DNA of 58,206 bases from a virus. Its lineage: Duplodnaviria; Caudoviricetes. The notes below the pieces were generated by a model that saw nothing but the letters and a program-made list of their open reading frames with translations, was not told the DNA's origin and did no database searches. The stretch lies in IMG/VR virus record IMGVR_UViG_3300027668_000020, positions 1-58,206 of that record; one strand, written 5' to 3'. Below are positions 1 to 9,900 of the stretch, piece by piece (position 1 is the stretch's first letter; every line of letters begins with the position of its first letter). A program made the position numbers and the translations under genes.

Positions 1-81
1 GCAGAGGACGGCTCACTAGCTACAGACGCTGGCGCAACTCTTGTGTACGTTGATTCAACAATCGGATGGAAGGAGTTATAA
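1..81 (+). CDS. C-terminal fragment of a tail fibre protein (5'-truncated)
   Basis: Frame 1 reads AEDGSLATDAGATLVYVDSTIGWKEL*. The LVYxDxxxGW ending is typical of fibre beta domains, and the stop lies just before the next ATG. Confidence 0.7.
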   Translation, partial: AEDGSLATDAGATLVYVDSTIGWKEL

Positions 82-82
82 A

Positions 83-868
83 ATGGCTGTTATTTTAGGA
101 AAGGGTGGCTCTGAGTCATTCCCTACATTTTTTTTACATAAGTCCCAGACATGGGTTCCACCTCAAGACGGCAAAATAATGATTCACGTTATTGGCGCAG
201 GTGGCGGAGGTTCTGGTTACACTGGAACTCCTCGCTCTGGAGCCGCTGGAGGATATTGTAAAAAGAACACTTTAGCTGTGACTACTTCAGGCTCTTTTGT
301 AGTTGTAGTAGGCGCTCACGGCAACGGCACTGCGGGAGCCGATGGTCAAGCGGGAGGTAACTCTACTGTTGCAGGCACTGGATTGTCAGCTACTTTAACG
401 GCCAACGGTGGTGCGGGAGGTGGAGCTACTTCAGGAACTCCTGCGGGCGGGTCAGCCTCAAATGGTGATGTAAACAACACTGGGGGCGCGGGACAGTCTT
501 ATGGCGGTGGAGGTGGAGTTGGTTTAACAGGGACTGGGGAGCAAGGAAGTGCTTACAACTCCACTTATCGTGCAGGAGGGTGTGACGTAGTTGGGGATTT
601 TTACTCTTCAACTATGGGCCAATTAGCTGGCGGGAAAGGGCCACTGGCTGTTTTTCAAAACGAATGGTCTGGTTACGCACCTCAAAGAGCAGAACCTTTG
701 TCTGGGGGCGCTCAGAACTGGACGGGTTCAACTAGCGGCGGGCAGGTTAGCGGAGGCGATGGTGGCCTTGGCGGTGGTGGCGGTCAAGGTAGACACGGAA
801 ATGGCGCGACATCTAATAGAGGCGGTGATGGCGGTAACGGTGTCGTTGTAATCCAATACATCCCATAA
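83..868 (+). CDS. glycine-rich tail fibre tip / adhesin-like protein (copy 1)
   Basis: Many GxGG runs, VIGAGGGG near the N-terminus and GGDGGNGVVVIQY at the C-terminus. AGGAG at 71-75 favours ATG 83 over the ORF-track start at 41. Confidence 0.75.
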   Translation: MAVILGKGGSESFPTFFLHKSQTWVPPQDGKIMIHVIGAGGGGSGYTGTPRSGAAGGYCKKNTLAVTTSGSFVVVVGAHGNGTAGADGQAGGNSTVAGTGLSATLTANGGAGGGATSGTPAGGSASNGDVNNTGGAGQSYGGGGGVGLTGTGEQGSAYNSTYRAGGCDVVGDFYSSTMGQLAGGKGPLAVFQNEWSGYAPQRAEPLSGGAQNWTGSTSGGQVSGGDGGLGGGGGQGRHGNGATSNRGGDGGNGVVVIQYIP

Positions 869-878
869 GGAGAATGAA

Positions 879-1175
879 ATGAAATATAATATTAAAGATG
901 CTGATGGCAACATCACAAATACCATCACTGCTGACGCTGAGTTTGTTGCAGCTAACTTTGACCACTATGAGCTTTGGGTAGCACCTACACCCGCAGAGCC
1001 TACAGCAGAAGAAGCTGCCCGTAACTGGCGTGATGGCGAACTCTCATCCACAGACATAGCAGCCACAGTATCTGACTATCCAAATGCAGCAGCTATTATT
1101 ACTTACCGTACAGCCTTACGTAACTGGCCTGCGAGTGATGACTTTCCAGCCACGCGGCCAACTTTAGGGAGCTAA
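879..1175 (+). CDS. tail fibre assembly chaperone-like protein (copy 1)
   Basis: WRDxEL..TD...YRTALRNWP motif of Tfa/gp38-like chaperones, AGGAG RBS, directly follows the adhesin gene. Confidence 0.7.
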   Translation: MKYNIKDADGNITNTITADAEFVAANFDHYELWVAPTPAEPTAEEAARNWRDGELSSTDIAATVSDYPNAAAIITYRTALRNWPASDDFPATRPTLGS

Positions 1176-1178
1176 GAA

Positions 1179-1793
1179 ATGGCGACTACACAGGTATCAA
1201 GCAGTCTTATAAAAGACGCATCAGTAACCGCAGCTAAGATGGCAGCGAACAGCGTAGATAGCGCACAGTATGTTGATGGTTCTATTGACACTGAGCACAT
1301 CGCTAACGGTCAAATTACTGTTGGTAAAATGGCGGCGAACAGCGTAGATAGCGCACAGTATGTTGACGGTTCTATTGACACTGATCACATCGCTAACGGT
1401 CAAATTACTGTTGGTAAAATGGCTGCTAACAGCGTAGATAGCGATCAGTATGTTAACGGCTCTATCGACGCTATTCACATTGCAGCTAGCGCAGTTGGTA
1501 CGGCTGCTTTAACAGCTACTATAGCTGCTGGTATTCCCACAGCCGCTGTAAGCAGCAACGGCAACGCTACGGCTAACACGCATCACTTTGTATCTTCGGC
1601 TGGTGTAACGCTAACGCTTCCAACGCCTACAGTAGGTATGCGAGTTTTTATAACTGTTGGAAACTTTGTAAACACCGTGGTTGGTCGCAATAGCAGCACC
1701 ATTGTAGGACAATCTTCAGACTTAACAATAAACGTAGCTAATATGTCAATAGGACTTATTGGTACTTCAACTTCGGCGTGGGTGTTTATCTAA
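1179..1793 (+). CDS. short tail fibre protein with 30-aa repeats
   Basis: KMAANSVDSxQYVDGSID repeats and a C-terminal TLTLP...W beta domain. Confidence 0.7.
   Translation: MATTQVSSSLIKDASVTAAKMAANSVDSAQYVDGSIDTEHIANGQITVGKMAANSVDSAQYVDGSIDTDHIANGQITVGKMAANSVDSDQYVNGSIDAIHIAASAVGTAALTATIAAGIPTAAVSSNGNATANTHHFVSSAGVTLTLPTPTVGMRVFITVGNFVNTVVGRNSSTIVGQSSDLTINVANMSIGLIGTSTSAWVFI
1236..1483 (+). repeat. 90-bp coding tandem repeat (~2.7 copies)
   Basis: Near-identical units start at 1236, 1326 and 1416. Confidence 0.95.
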
Positions 1794-2770
1794 TGAGTAA
1801 TTTAACAGATTTAATTTCAGCAGGCGGGGGCGGTGGCTCACCTTTCCCATTAATGGTTTTTCAGCAATCACAAACGTGGGCGTGTCCTACAGCAATGGAG
1901 GCCCTTGTTTTCGTTATAGGTGCTGGCGGGTCAGGAGCGTTCAATAGAAGTAACAACACTAGCAGTCGCTCATGCTCAGGTGGCGGTGGTGGTGGTTGTG
2001 TAGTTTCAAAACTAACCCTTGCTGCACAAAACTACACTCTTACGATTGGTGCTGGCGCTCAGTATGTAAGTACTGCTAGTGGAGCTAATGGCAACGCTGG
2101 TGGAAATTCTGCAATGTCTGGCTCTGGCATGACAACCATGACAGCAGGCGGTGGAGCAGGCGGTAAGATGGATTCTCGTAGTACAGCAACCGCAGGTGGC
2201 TCTGCATCTGGCGGTACGGTTATGAACAATGTAGGCGGTGCTATTGCGGCACAAGCTGCCGGACAGTACACGACATCAGGTGGCGGTGGTGTAAGTCTTT
2301 GGGGTGGTAATGCTGATGGCACGTGGAACACTGCTTCAACACAATCACAGGTTGGTGTGGGAGGCTCCCCCATAGGTAAGTCTGGTATATACGCAAGTAA
2401 TCCAGAGTACCGTAGTGACTCGTCGTATAACTTCTACCCTAATCAGCCTGTTGAGGTTACTCCTTTTCCAACAATTAAGTTTTATCAGCACTCTTCTCGC
2501 CTTGCATGGGGTAGTAACTCTTTTAACAGTTCTGGACATACAGGGTTTATGTCAGATGAAGGTACTAACTATAACGCTTTAGGTAACTCACCCTTTACAG
2601 GAGGGGCAGGTGTGTCCGGTGGAACGGGGGGCGCATACTTCAGAGCAGCAGGAGGAATTGCTGGCGCTGGCGGTGGTGGTGTGAACTGTGATTCCAGCCC
2701 TGCTGGGGGGGTATCTGGTGGCGGTGGCGCTGGGTTGATAATAGTATGTCCAATAAGCATGGGAGCTTAA
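1793..2770 (+). CDS. glycine-rich tail fibre tip / adhesin-like protein (copy 2)
   Basis: Paralogous to 83..868 (SQTW.P, VIGAGG, GGNS..SG.G). Start is coupled to the upstream stop (TAATG at 1791-1795). Confidence 0.75.
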   Translation: MSNLTDLISAGGGGGSPFPLMVFQQSQTWACPTAMEALVFVIGAGGSGAFNRSNNTSSRSCSGGGGGGCVVSKLTLAAQNYTLTIGAGAQYVSTASGANGNAGGNSAMSGSGMTTMTAGGGAGGKMDSRSTATAGGSASGGTVMNNVGGAIAAQAAGQYTTSGGGGVSLWGGNADGTWNTASTQSQVGVGGSPIGKSGIYASNPEYRSDSSYNFYPNQPVEVTPFPTIKFYQHSSRLAWGSNSFNSSGHTGFMSDEGTNYNALGNSPFTGGAGVSGGTGGAYFRAAGGIAGAGGGGVNCDSSPAGGVSGGGGAGLIIVCPISMGA

Positions 2771-2771
2771 A

Positions 2772-3068
2772 ATGAATATTTATTCAATTACAGACGCAGA
2801 CGGTGTCTGGGTAAACACCATTGTTTCGACACTTGAGTTTGCACAAGAAGAGTACCCTAATTGCACTTATGCTGTGCAAGAAAGCCCCGCTATTCCGGCA
2901 GAAGAAACTGAAAGGCAATGGCGGGATGAAGAACTAACGTCAACAGACACAGCTTCGCAAATACCAGACTGGCCGAATCGTGACAACATTCTAAGCTATA
3001 GGACTGCATTGCGTAACTGGCCTGCTAGTGATGACTTCCCTGCAACTCGGCCTACTTTAGGTAGTTAA
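2772..3068 (+). CDS. tail fibre assembly chaperone-like protein (copy 2)
   Basis: The last 23 aa are identical to those of 879..1175. Confidence 0.7.
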   Translation: MNIYSITDADGVWVNTIVSTLEFAQEEYPNCTYAVQESPAIPAEETERQWRDEELTSTDTASQIPDWPNRDNILSYRTALRNWPASDDFPATRPTLGS

Positions 3069-3070
3069 AA

Positions 3071-3523
3071 ATGATTGTTGAAATCACTATGGTGGTGGGT
3101 GCTTTAAAGACTCTTAATGCAGGAATTAAAACTGTTAAAGAGTCCGGTAATCACTTGTCCGACATAGCTGGTATTTTTTCTACACTGACCGAAAGTAAAC
3201 AGGCAGTAGAGAAGATTGAACATGAAGCCAAGGAAGGTACGCATGTTCTTTCACAACAAGAAGCCCTAGAACTTGCATGGGCCAAGAACGAAATCCGCGA
3301 ACGCGAAAAAGAATTAAAGAAAATTACTCCACGAGAAGTGTGGCGCGATATGTTGTCTATACAGCATAAGTCGTTAATGGAGTATAAGACTAAGATCGCC
3401 AAAGAAAAAAAGGCTATAGCCAAGAAAAAACAAGCCCTGTCTTCTATTGTTGAGGGTGTGTTTTTCTGGTCTTTACTAGCGTCAATAGCCTTTGGAGCTT
3501 TATACTACTTTGGGGTGATATGA
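3071..3523 (+). CDS. coiled-coil protein with C-terminal membrane anchor
   Basis: Helical charged body and hydrophobic C-terminus (GVFFWSLLASIAFGALYYFGVI). Confidence 0.6.
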   Translation: MIVEITMVVGALKTLNAGIKTVKESGNHLSDIAGIFSTLTESKQAVEKIEHEAKEGTHVLSQQEALELAWAKNEIREREKELKKITPREVWRDMLSIQHKSLMEYKTKIAKEKKAIAKKKQALSSIVEGVFFWSLLASIAFGALYYFGVI

Positions 3524-3618
3524 GTAACTTTGACCCTAAAAATCCTGATGACTGGAAAGGGTTAGGCGTTGTACTACTAATTGGCCTTTTATTTTTTATA
3601 ACATATGTAGGAAAGTAA
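3520..3618 (+). CDS. 32-aa single-TM peptide (not in ORF track)
   Basis: MSNFDPKNPDDWKGLGVVLLIGLLFFITYVGK*. ATGA overlap upstream, and the stop abuts the next ATG. Confidence 0.55.
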   Translation: MSNFDPKNPDDWKGLGVVLLIGLLFFITYVGK

Positions 3619-3804
3619 ATGACTACCATGAAAGAACTTAGCGCCAAACAAGTAGCTCACGAGAAAGAATGTTTGGTTCGTTATGAGAATATAGAACGTA
3701 GGCTAACCGATGGTAGTAAAAGGTTTGACCGCTTAGAGAACATGTTGTGGGGAATATACCCCATGCTTATCGGCCTATTTGCCCTTACAAAATGGATACA
3801 ATAA
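3619..3804 (+). CDS. small coiled-coil + TM protein of the lysis region
   Basis: HEKEC..RYE.IE.RL..G..RFDRLE followed by a TM helix; lies upstream of the holin. Confidence 0.6.
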   Translation: MTTMKELSAKQVAHEKECLVRYENIERRLTDGSKRFDRLENMLWGIYPMLIGLFALTKWIQ

Positions 3805-3805
3805 T

Positions 3806-4183
3806 ATGTTAGCTCAATTGATCGGCCCAGTTTCTAACTTACTAGATAAATTCATTCTAGACAAAGATGTTAAGGCTAAGTTGTCTCACGAAATTAGCAC
3901 GATGGCAGAGCGCCATGCTCAAGAGTTAGCCAAGGGCCAGTTAGAAGTTAACAAGGTTGAGGCTGCACACAAGAACATGTTTGTTGCTGGCTGGCGACCT
4001 GCTATTGGCTGGATTTGCGGATTTGCTCTAATGTACTCTACTATCCTATCTCCTATTCTTGGCATCTGGTACACAGTTCCACCTGTCGATAGCTCCCTGC
4101 TTACTACTGTGCTGATGGGTATGCTAGGTCTAGGCGCTATGCGTACTGTGGAGAAGACCAAAGGCGTTCAGAGAGAAAAATGA
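3806..4183 (+). CDS. holin (GTA-type 3TM holin family)
   Basis: FVAGWRPAIGW motif, TM segments and LGLGAMRT.EK ending; adjacent to the endolysin. Confidence 0.8.
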   Translation: MLAQLIGPVSNLLDKFILDKDVKAKLSHEISTMAERHAQELAKGQLEVNKVEAAHKNMFVAGWRPAIGWICGFALMYSTILSPILGIWYTVPPVDSSLLTTVLMGMLGLGAMRTVEKTKGVQREK

Positions 4184-4521
4184 GGTACTTCAGCCGAGCA
4201 GACTTTGATTGCCAAGAGACGGGCAACAATGAGATGTGCAACGACTTCCTAGAAAAGCTAGATGAACTACGGCATGTCTGCGGCTTCCCGTTTCACATTA
4301 CTAGTGGTTACAGGGACAAGACCCATAGCATAGAGGCAGCCAAAAAAAATCCGGGCACTCATGCACGGGGGATTGCCTGTGACATCAAAATCTCCAATGG
4401 AAACCAAGCATATGCTATCATTAAGTACGCGCAATCAATGGGCTTTAATGGTATAGGCGTAGCTAAAACCTTTATTCATGTAGACACTAGAGAGACTACT
4501 CCAGTGGTATGGTGCTACTAA
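4180..4521 (+). CDS. endolysin, peptidase M15A family
   Basis: ITSGYR, H.xG.A.D and FIHVD zinc-ligand motifs. Confidence 0.88.
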   Translation: MRYFSRADFDCQETGNNEMCNDFLEKLDELRHVCGFPFHITSGYRDKTHSIEAAKKNPGTHARGIACDIKISNGNQAYAIIKYAQSMGFNGIGVAKTFIHVDTRETTPVVWCY

Positions 4522-4539
4522 AACACTTACAGGTGTGAT

Positions 4540-6393
4540 ATGCCACTAAAGAAATTACAGTTAAAAGCAGGAGTTAACCGCGAAAACACTAGATATACTA
4601 GTGAAGGCGGTTGGTATGAAAGCGATAAGGTAAGGTTCAGGCAAGGTATGCCTGAGAAAATAGGTGGGTGGCAGCGTATATCTACGTCTACTTTTCTAGG
4701 AGCGTGTCGTTCTCTACACTCGTGGGTGACTCTTACTGACTTTACTCTGACAAGTGTAGGTACAAACCTTAAATACTACCTTGAAAACGGAGGAGCGTAC
4801 TACGATATTACTCCTATACGCGCCACTGTCACGCTTACTAACCCGTTTGCCACATCTTCGGGTAGCCCAACAATAGTAACTGTTACCGACGCTAATGGGG
4901 AATACAAAAATGGAGACTTTGTTACTTTCTCTAACGCTTCTGCGGTAGGAGGACTTACTTTAAATGGTGAGTTCCAAATAACGTACACTACAGGTAACAC
5001 ATATACTATTGTATCACCTTCATCCGCAAGCTCCGCAGCTACAGGTGGAGGCACGGTTACTGCTGTCTACCAAATAAATTCTGGGTCAGAATTAGAAATC
5101 CCATTACGGGGCTGGAGTGCAGGTGCATGGGGCGAAAGTACATGGGGTAACGGCGGAGCTAGTACAGAAAGCCTTCGTATATGGAGCCAAGGTAACTTTG
5201 GAGAAGATTTAATACTTGGACACAGGGGTAGCCCTGTGTTTTTCTGGGATGCTTCTGCTAACACTCCTTTAGATAATCCTGCTACGTTACTTAGCGCAGA
5301 GTCGGGGGCATCTAATGTGCCTACAGCACAGAACATAATACTTGTATCAGACATTAATAGGTTTGTGTTTTGTTTTGGTGCAAACCCGTTAGGTACTAAC
5401 GTACAAGACCCTATGTTAATTAGATGGTCTGACCAAGAAGACGCTACTAACTGGACGCCTACCGCAACTACTCAAGCGGGTGATCTAAGACTATCTAGAG
5501 GCTCCGAAATAGTAGCCGCAGAGCAGACTAGGCAAGAACTGCTAGTGTGGACTGATTTCTCTGTGTACTCGTTACAGTACGTAGGCGCACCTGTGGTATG
5601 GGCAGCGCAGCTTGTGGGCGAGAACTCTTCTATAATGTCTCAGAACAGTGTAGCTGTAGCAGATAACGTGGCCTACTGGTTTGGTAAAGACAAGTTCTAC
5701 ATGTATGACGGAGGAGTAAAAGTACTCCCTTGCGATGTAAAACGGTACGTATTTAGCAATATAAACAGAGCCAATATAGAACAGGTATTTGGTAGCACCA
5801 ACGAAGGGTTTGATGAGATATGGTGGTTCTACCCCTCCTCTGGTAGCAACGAAAATGACAGGTACGTTGTGTACAACTACGTACAGAAAATATGGTACTA
5901 CGGTAACTTAGCGCGTACAGCTTGGTTAGACTCTGGCATAGGAGCCTTTCCTGTAGCCGCTACTAACAGTCATAACTTAGTACAACATGAGGTAGGGCTA
6001 GACGACGCCGAAACAGGCACCACAGTGCCAATAGTAGCCTCTATAACCTCTGCACAGTTTGATCTGGATGAGGGAGACAAATTCATGCTAGTGTCTCGGA
6101 TGGTACCGGACATAACCTTTGAGGGGTCTACGGCAGACTCTCCTGTGGTAAACATGTCTCTATCCGCACTACAAAACTCTGGTTCTGGGTTTAACGATCC
6201 CCTATCTGAAAGTGGTAACAGTGGTGGTTCAGTAATTAGGACAGCCGCCTCACCCGTAGAGAAGTTTACTGAGCAGATATACCTGCGTGTGAGAGGTAGA
6301 CAGGTTAGCTTTAAGGTAGAATCTACCGCTGTAGGAGTAACATGGCAGTTAGGCTCACCTCGTATTGATATGCGTCCAGACGGGAGAAGGTAA
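4540..6393 (+). CDS. tail tube/nozzle (stabilisation) protein, beta-propeller type
   Basis: 617 aa, Trp/beta-rich, IRWSDQED motif and PDGRR ending; precedes the ejection proteins. Confidence 0.65.
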   Translation: MPLKKLQLKAGVNRENTRYTSEGGWYESDKVRFRQGMPEKIGGWQRISTSTFLGACRSLHSWVTLTDFTLTSVGTNLKYYLENGGAYYDITPIRATVTLTNPFATSSGSPTIVTVTDANGEYKNGDFVTFSNASAVGGLTLNGEFQITYTTGNTYTIVSPSSASSAATGGGTVTAVYQINSGSELEIPLRGWSAGAWGESTWGNGGASTESLRIWSQGNFGEDLILGHRGSPVFFWDASANTPLDNPATLLSAESGASNVPTAQNIILVSDINRFVFCFGANPLGTNVQDPMLIRWSDQEDATNWTPTATTQAGDLRLSRGSEIVAAEQTRQELLVWTDFSVYSLQYVGAPVVWAAQLVGENSSIMSQNSVAVADNVAYWFGKDKFYMYDGGVKVLPCDVKRYVFSNINRANIEQVFGSTNEGFDEIWWFYPSSGSNENDRYVVYNYVQKIWYYGNLARTAWLDSGIGAFPVAATNSHNLVQHEVGLDDAETGTTVPIVASITSAQFDLDEGDKFMLVSRMVPDITFEGSTADSPVVNMSLSALQNSGSGFNDPLSESGNSGGSVIRTAASPVEKFTEQIYLRVRGRQVSFKVESTAVGVTWQLGSPRIDMRPDGRR

Positions 6394-6587
6394 TGTCGGT
6401 AGATTTTACAGACTACGGAGTAGAGTTTGTTGCTCCCTTATTACCTAGCCCCCCTGATGAGTATAGTAAACTAGCGTTTGAGAAGTTTAATAACTCTCTA
6501 CGTTTGTACTTTAATCAGTTAGACCAAGCACTAAGAAATGATACACTGGTGCTCCAATCTGAAGCTACGAGTTGGTTTATAAGCTAA
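6393..6587 (+). CDS. small virion protein
   Basis: Translationally coupled at both ends (TAATG); LPxPPxEY...LRLYFNQLD. Confidence 0.6.
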   Translation: MSVDFTDYGVEFVAPLLPSPPDEYSKLAFEKFNNSLRLYFNQLDQALRNDTLVLQSEATSWFIS

Positions 6588-6907
6588 TGGCAAATACATA
6601 TATAAACGCGAAGGTCGATCTAACTGGAACTAGTGTAACTACGTTATATACCTGTGCAATTTTGACTACGGGCATAGTTAAATCCATATTAGTATCAGAA
6701 GACTCTGGCAACGCCGACACTATAACGGTAACCATAACTAACGGTTCTACTGTACACAGCCTATTTAATGTTAAACCCGTTGGCGCTAACGCTACAGTAG
6801 AGTTATTGACCGCTCCGTTGGTAGTGCAGACGGGAGAGATATTAAAAGTAACCGCAGCTACTGCAAATAGACTACATGTGGTAGCAAGCATACTAGAGAT
6901 TACGTAA
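6587..6907 (+). CDS. small beta-rich virion protein
   Basis: Coupled start at TAATG; MANTYINAK...ILEIT. Confidence 0.6.
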   Translation: MANTYINAKVDLTGTSVTTLYTCAILTTGIVKSILVSEDSGNADTITVTITNGSTVHSLFNVKPVGANATVELLTAPLVVQTGEILKVTAATANRLHVVASILEIT

Positions 6908-9900
6908 TGACTGTAAAGATTCCTGCTAGAGATAAAGATGCCGATAATTACTTTGATTTCCTTGGTGACGAATACACAGGGTTTGACTACGTAGCGCCGC
7001 CTCTATCTCAGACTGATGCGTTCTTAGCATGGAAAGATGCGGTAAACACAGACCGTGGGTCAGACGAGTACAGCCTCCAGCGTTATCCTGACCAAGACGA
7101 ATTTTCCCTAGGTAAAATGGATATACCCTCGTGGTATCCTGAGTCTTATGCAGCCTATAAAAAAGCTGGGGGTGCTCCTTCTGGCACTCGTCTAATAGAA
7201 GAATCGCGTAATAACGCAGAGCAAAATCTAGCCGCTTTTACCCAGACCCTAATAGAGAACGGTGGTGCAGGTGGCATAGAAAACATAGACTTCGATAATA
7301 TCGACAGTATGCTGGAAGAACTTTCAGGTACTCCTTTTGATGTAGATGCGTTGTTTGCAGATACTAGAGCCTTTGAAGGGCAGACCATAAAAGATCAAGA
7401 GTGGTTTACCCCCGAAAGAGAAGCGTTAGTCCGTAAGTTCTTTGAAGGGCAGGTTAACGACTTTACAGATAGAGGTTCGCTAGTAAAGTCTCAGACTTGG
7501 CAAGAAGCTAAGAACGCTTTAGCTAGTGGCGTAGACCCAGATAACGTATTCTCAGAACTAAAAACTCTGTCAAACAAGTCTCACGATGACTTCGCTGCGA
7601 TGGACTTTAACACTAGCGGTGCCAATGGTGGAGTAGGGCCACAAGCAGCATTTAGAGAGTTTGCTGATGACCACTACATTCAGACTTACAACGAGTTTAA
7701 TACTGACCTAAACACCCTACGAAGAGAAGACCCCGATGCGTTTCAAGCAGCTTACGAGTTCTTACCTGTATCAGGAAGACTAGGTTACCTTTATGGTATA
7801 AAGACGAAAGGAGGCATATCCGATGGGCAGTACGAAGGTTTGTACATGTCGGAGGTTAATTCCTATGCAAAAGAAACTCAAGACCCCTACGCCCCTAGAT
7901 ATGTAAGTGTTGAGGGTAAAACATACTTATACAAGCCTTCTGGTGACCCCAACAGTGGAGAAGACCCCGCACCTATAGACGTTCAGCGCGACTTATACAC
8001 CCCTAGTTTCTACCCTAAGATGGAAGCTGGTAACAACGACCAATTAAGCGGGTTTCTAAATAATGTAGGATCACCTTCAAGAGATAGAACTCGCGATTTC
8101 GACGATACTGCTTATGATTTCTTTGATCCTGTAATTACAGTATTACAGACAGGTTTGGCTATAGCCGCTGCAATGACTGGTAACTCCGCTCTAGCGGTAC
8201 AAATAATGAGCGCAAGCGCCGCTGTGGGGGCAGCATACACGGGGGTAAAAGCTGTTGCGGGGGAAACACTACATGTTTCAGATTGGTTACGCGCTACTCC
8301 TTTTGTAATAGAGCAAATTAACATTGCCACAAGGCCCGTGGCTACGGCTACAAATGCAGTGCCAACATTAACTGTGGCTCCTCCTACTATACCTCAGACA
8401 TTATCCGATTGGGGTAATATATTTGGAGTAAGTGTGCCCGGTTTTATAGGAAGAATACCTATAGTCCTTGGTGGCACTTTAGAAGGCGCTATGAACGCAG
8501 GGTTTGCAAACGCTCCTTTTACTCTTACGGGGTCAAATCCCATAGGCGACCTTATAAAATTAGGGTCTGCTGTTTTTGGCAATCCCCGTGCTGGAAGTTC
8601 TTCTGCTGGTGGTGGTACGTGGGGAGGAATACCATCGGGCGTTATAGTTAACTTTATGGGGAGTATGGAGAACTCTGGGGTAGACCTTACTAATTTCAAA
8701 GAAAAATACCCTTGGACAGGGTTAAATGAAAGTGGGATGCCCATTGGCGATTACGCCCCCGCATTTGAAGATTTAATGCGTATCTATAGAAAAGAAGATC
8801 CTGTAGCTTTTGCAGAAGCTATTACTGCTGAAGACGTTGACCCTAGCATAGCGGAGGTAGTAGGGGAAGACACAGTTAATGTTGCTCAGTTCTTAGTAGA
8901 TGCTCGAAAATTGGGCCAAGACCCCGCTATTGCAGGCACTGCTTACGGCGACTTTATGAACGAAGTTGACCAGTTTTTTATTGCTGCCGTGCTAGAAACT
9001 GGGGGTAACATACTTACTCAGGTAAATGGCGTGCTTATGTTAGGGCAGATTGATCCTAACAACACAAAACTAGCTGGGTGGGCACAAACTTTGCTTGATC
9101 TGTCTGACGAAAACAAGTCGGACACTCTAAAAGAATCTATGCAAGCCGCGAGAGACTACGAAGCTAGCTTTGAAGACAAAGTATATTTTGAAGCTGAAAG
9201 TGAAGAAGAAGTAAAGAATGGCAATGCTTACAAGCAGACTGAAGTTCTTCTTGCAAGACGAGTAGCCGCAGGAAATATGTCTCAAGAAGCTATGGATAAG
9301 CAGCTAAAAAACATTGTTGATGGAGCGAAAAACTCAGCCGATACTTATAACGATATAATTAATGGAGTAATGTCTACTCTTGGGAGTATGGCGAACGCCC
9401 CTCTAGCTACCTCTTATGAGATATTAACAGAAGCTGGAGAAGAGACGGTTAACTTTGCCGTCTCTAGTAAAATAGGTTTAATGGCTAAAGGTCTAGCTGG
9501 AGCGAAAGCGATTTCTCGTAAATTAGACGTGAAAGAGATTACTGACGACGTTCTAGCTAAGTTAAACAAGGTAGAAAAGTTTGCTGCTCTTTCTGCTTCT
9601 ACTATTATGGACATAGCTGAAGCAGTGGGTGGAGAGTCGGCGGGGGCTTACAACGAAGCTATAGCCACACAAGAAAAGGTTGAGACAGAAGCTATACATG
9701 CCTCCGCCGAATTTAACGCTGCTATGAAAGCAAACAACTCGCTTGTTCAATCGGGAGCTATGTCTGAAGAAGAGTATCAGGCAGCGGCTAGAGCGTATAC
9801 GAGAGAGAAGTTAGATGCTAACAGCGGTGCACTAAGACGGCAGACCGTTGCCGCTGACTTGGCTTTAAAGACGGGTTTGTTTGCCGGAGGTATGACAATA

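Noticed and set aside
1-3068. Diversity-generating retroelement or invertase system at the fibres
   Set aside because: No reverse transcriptase or invertase was recognised. Paralogue differences are synonymous and not adenine-specific.
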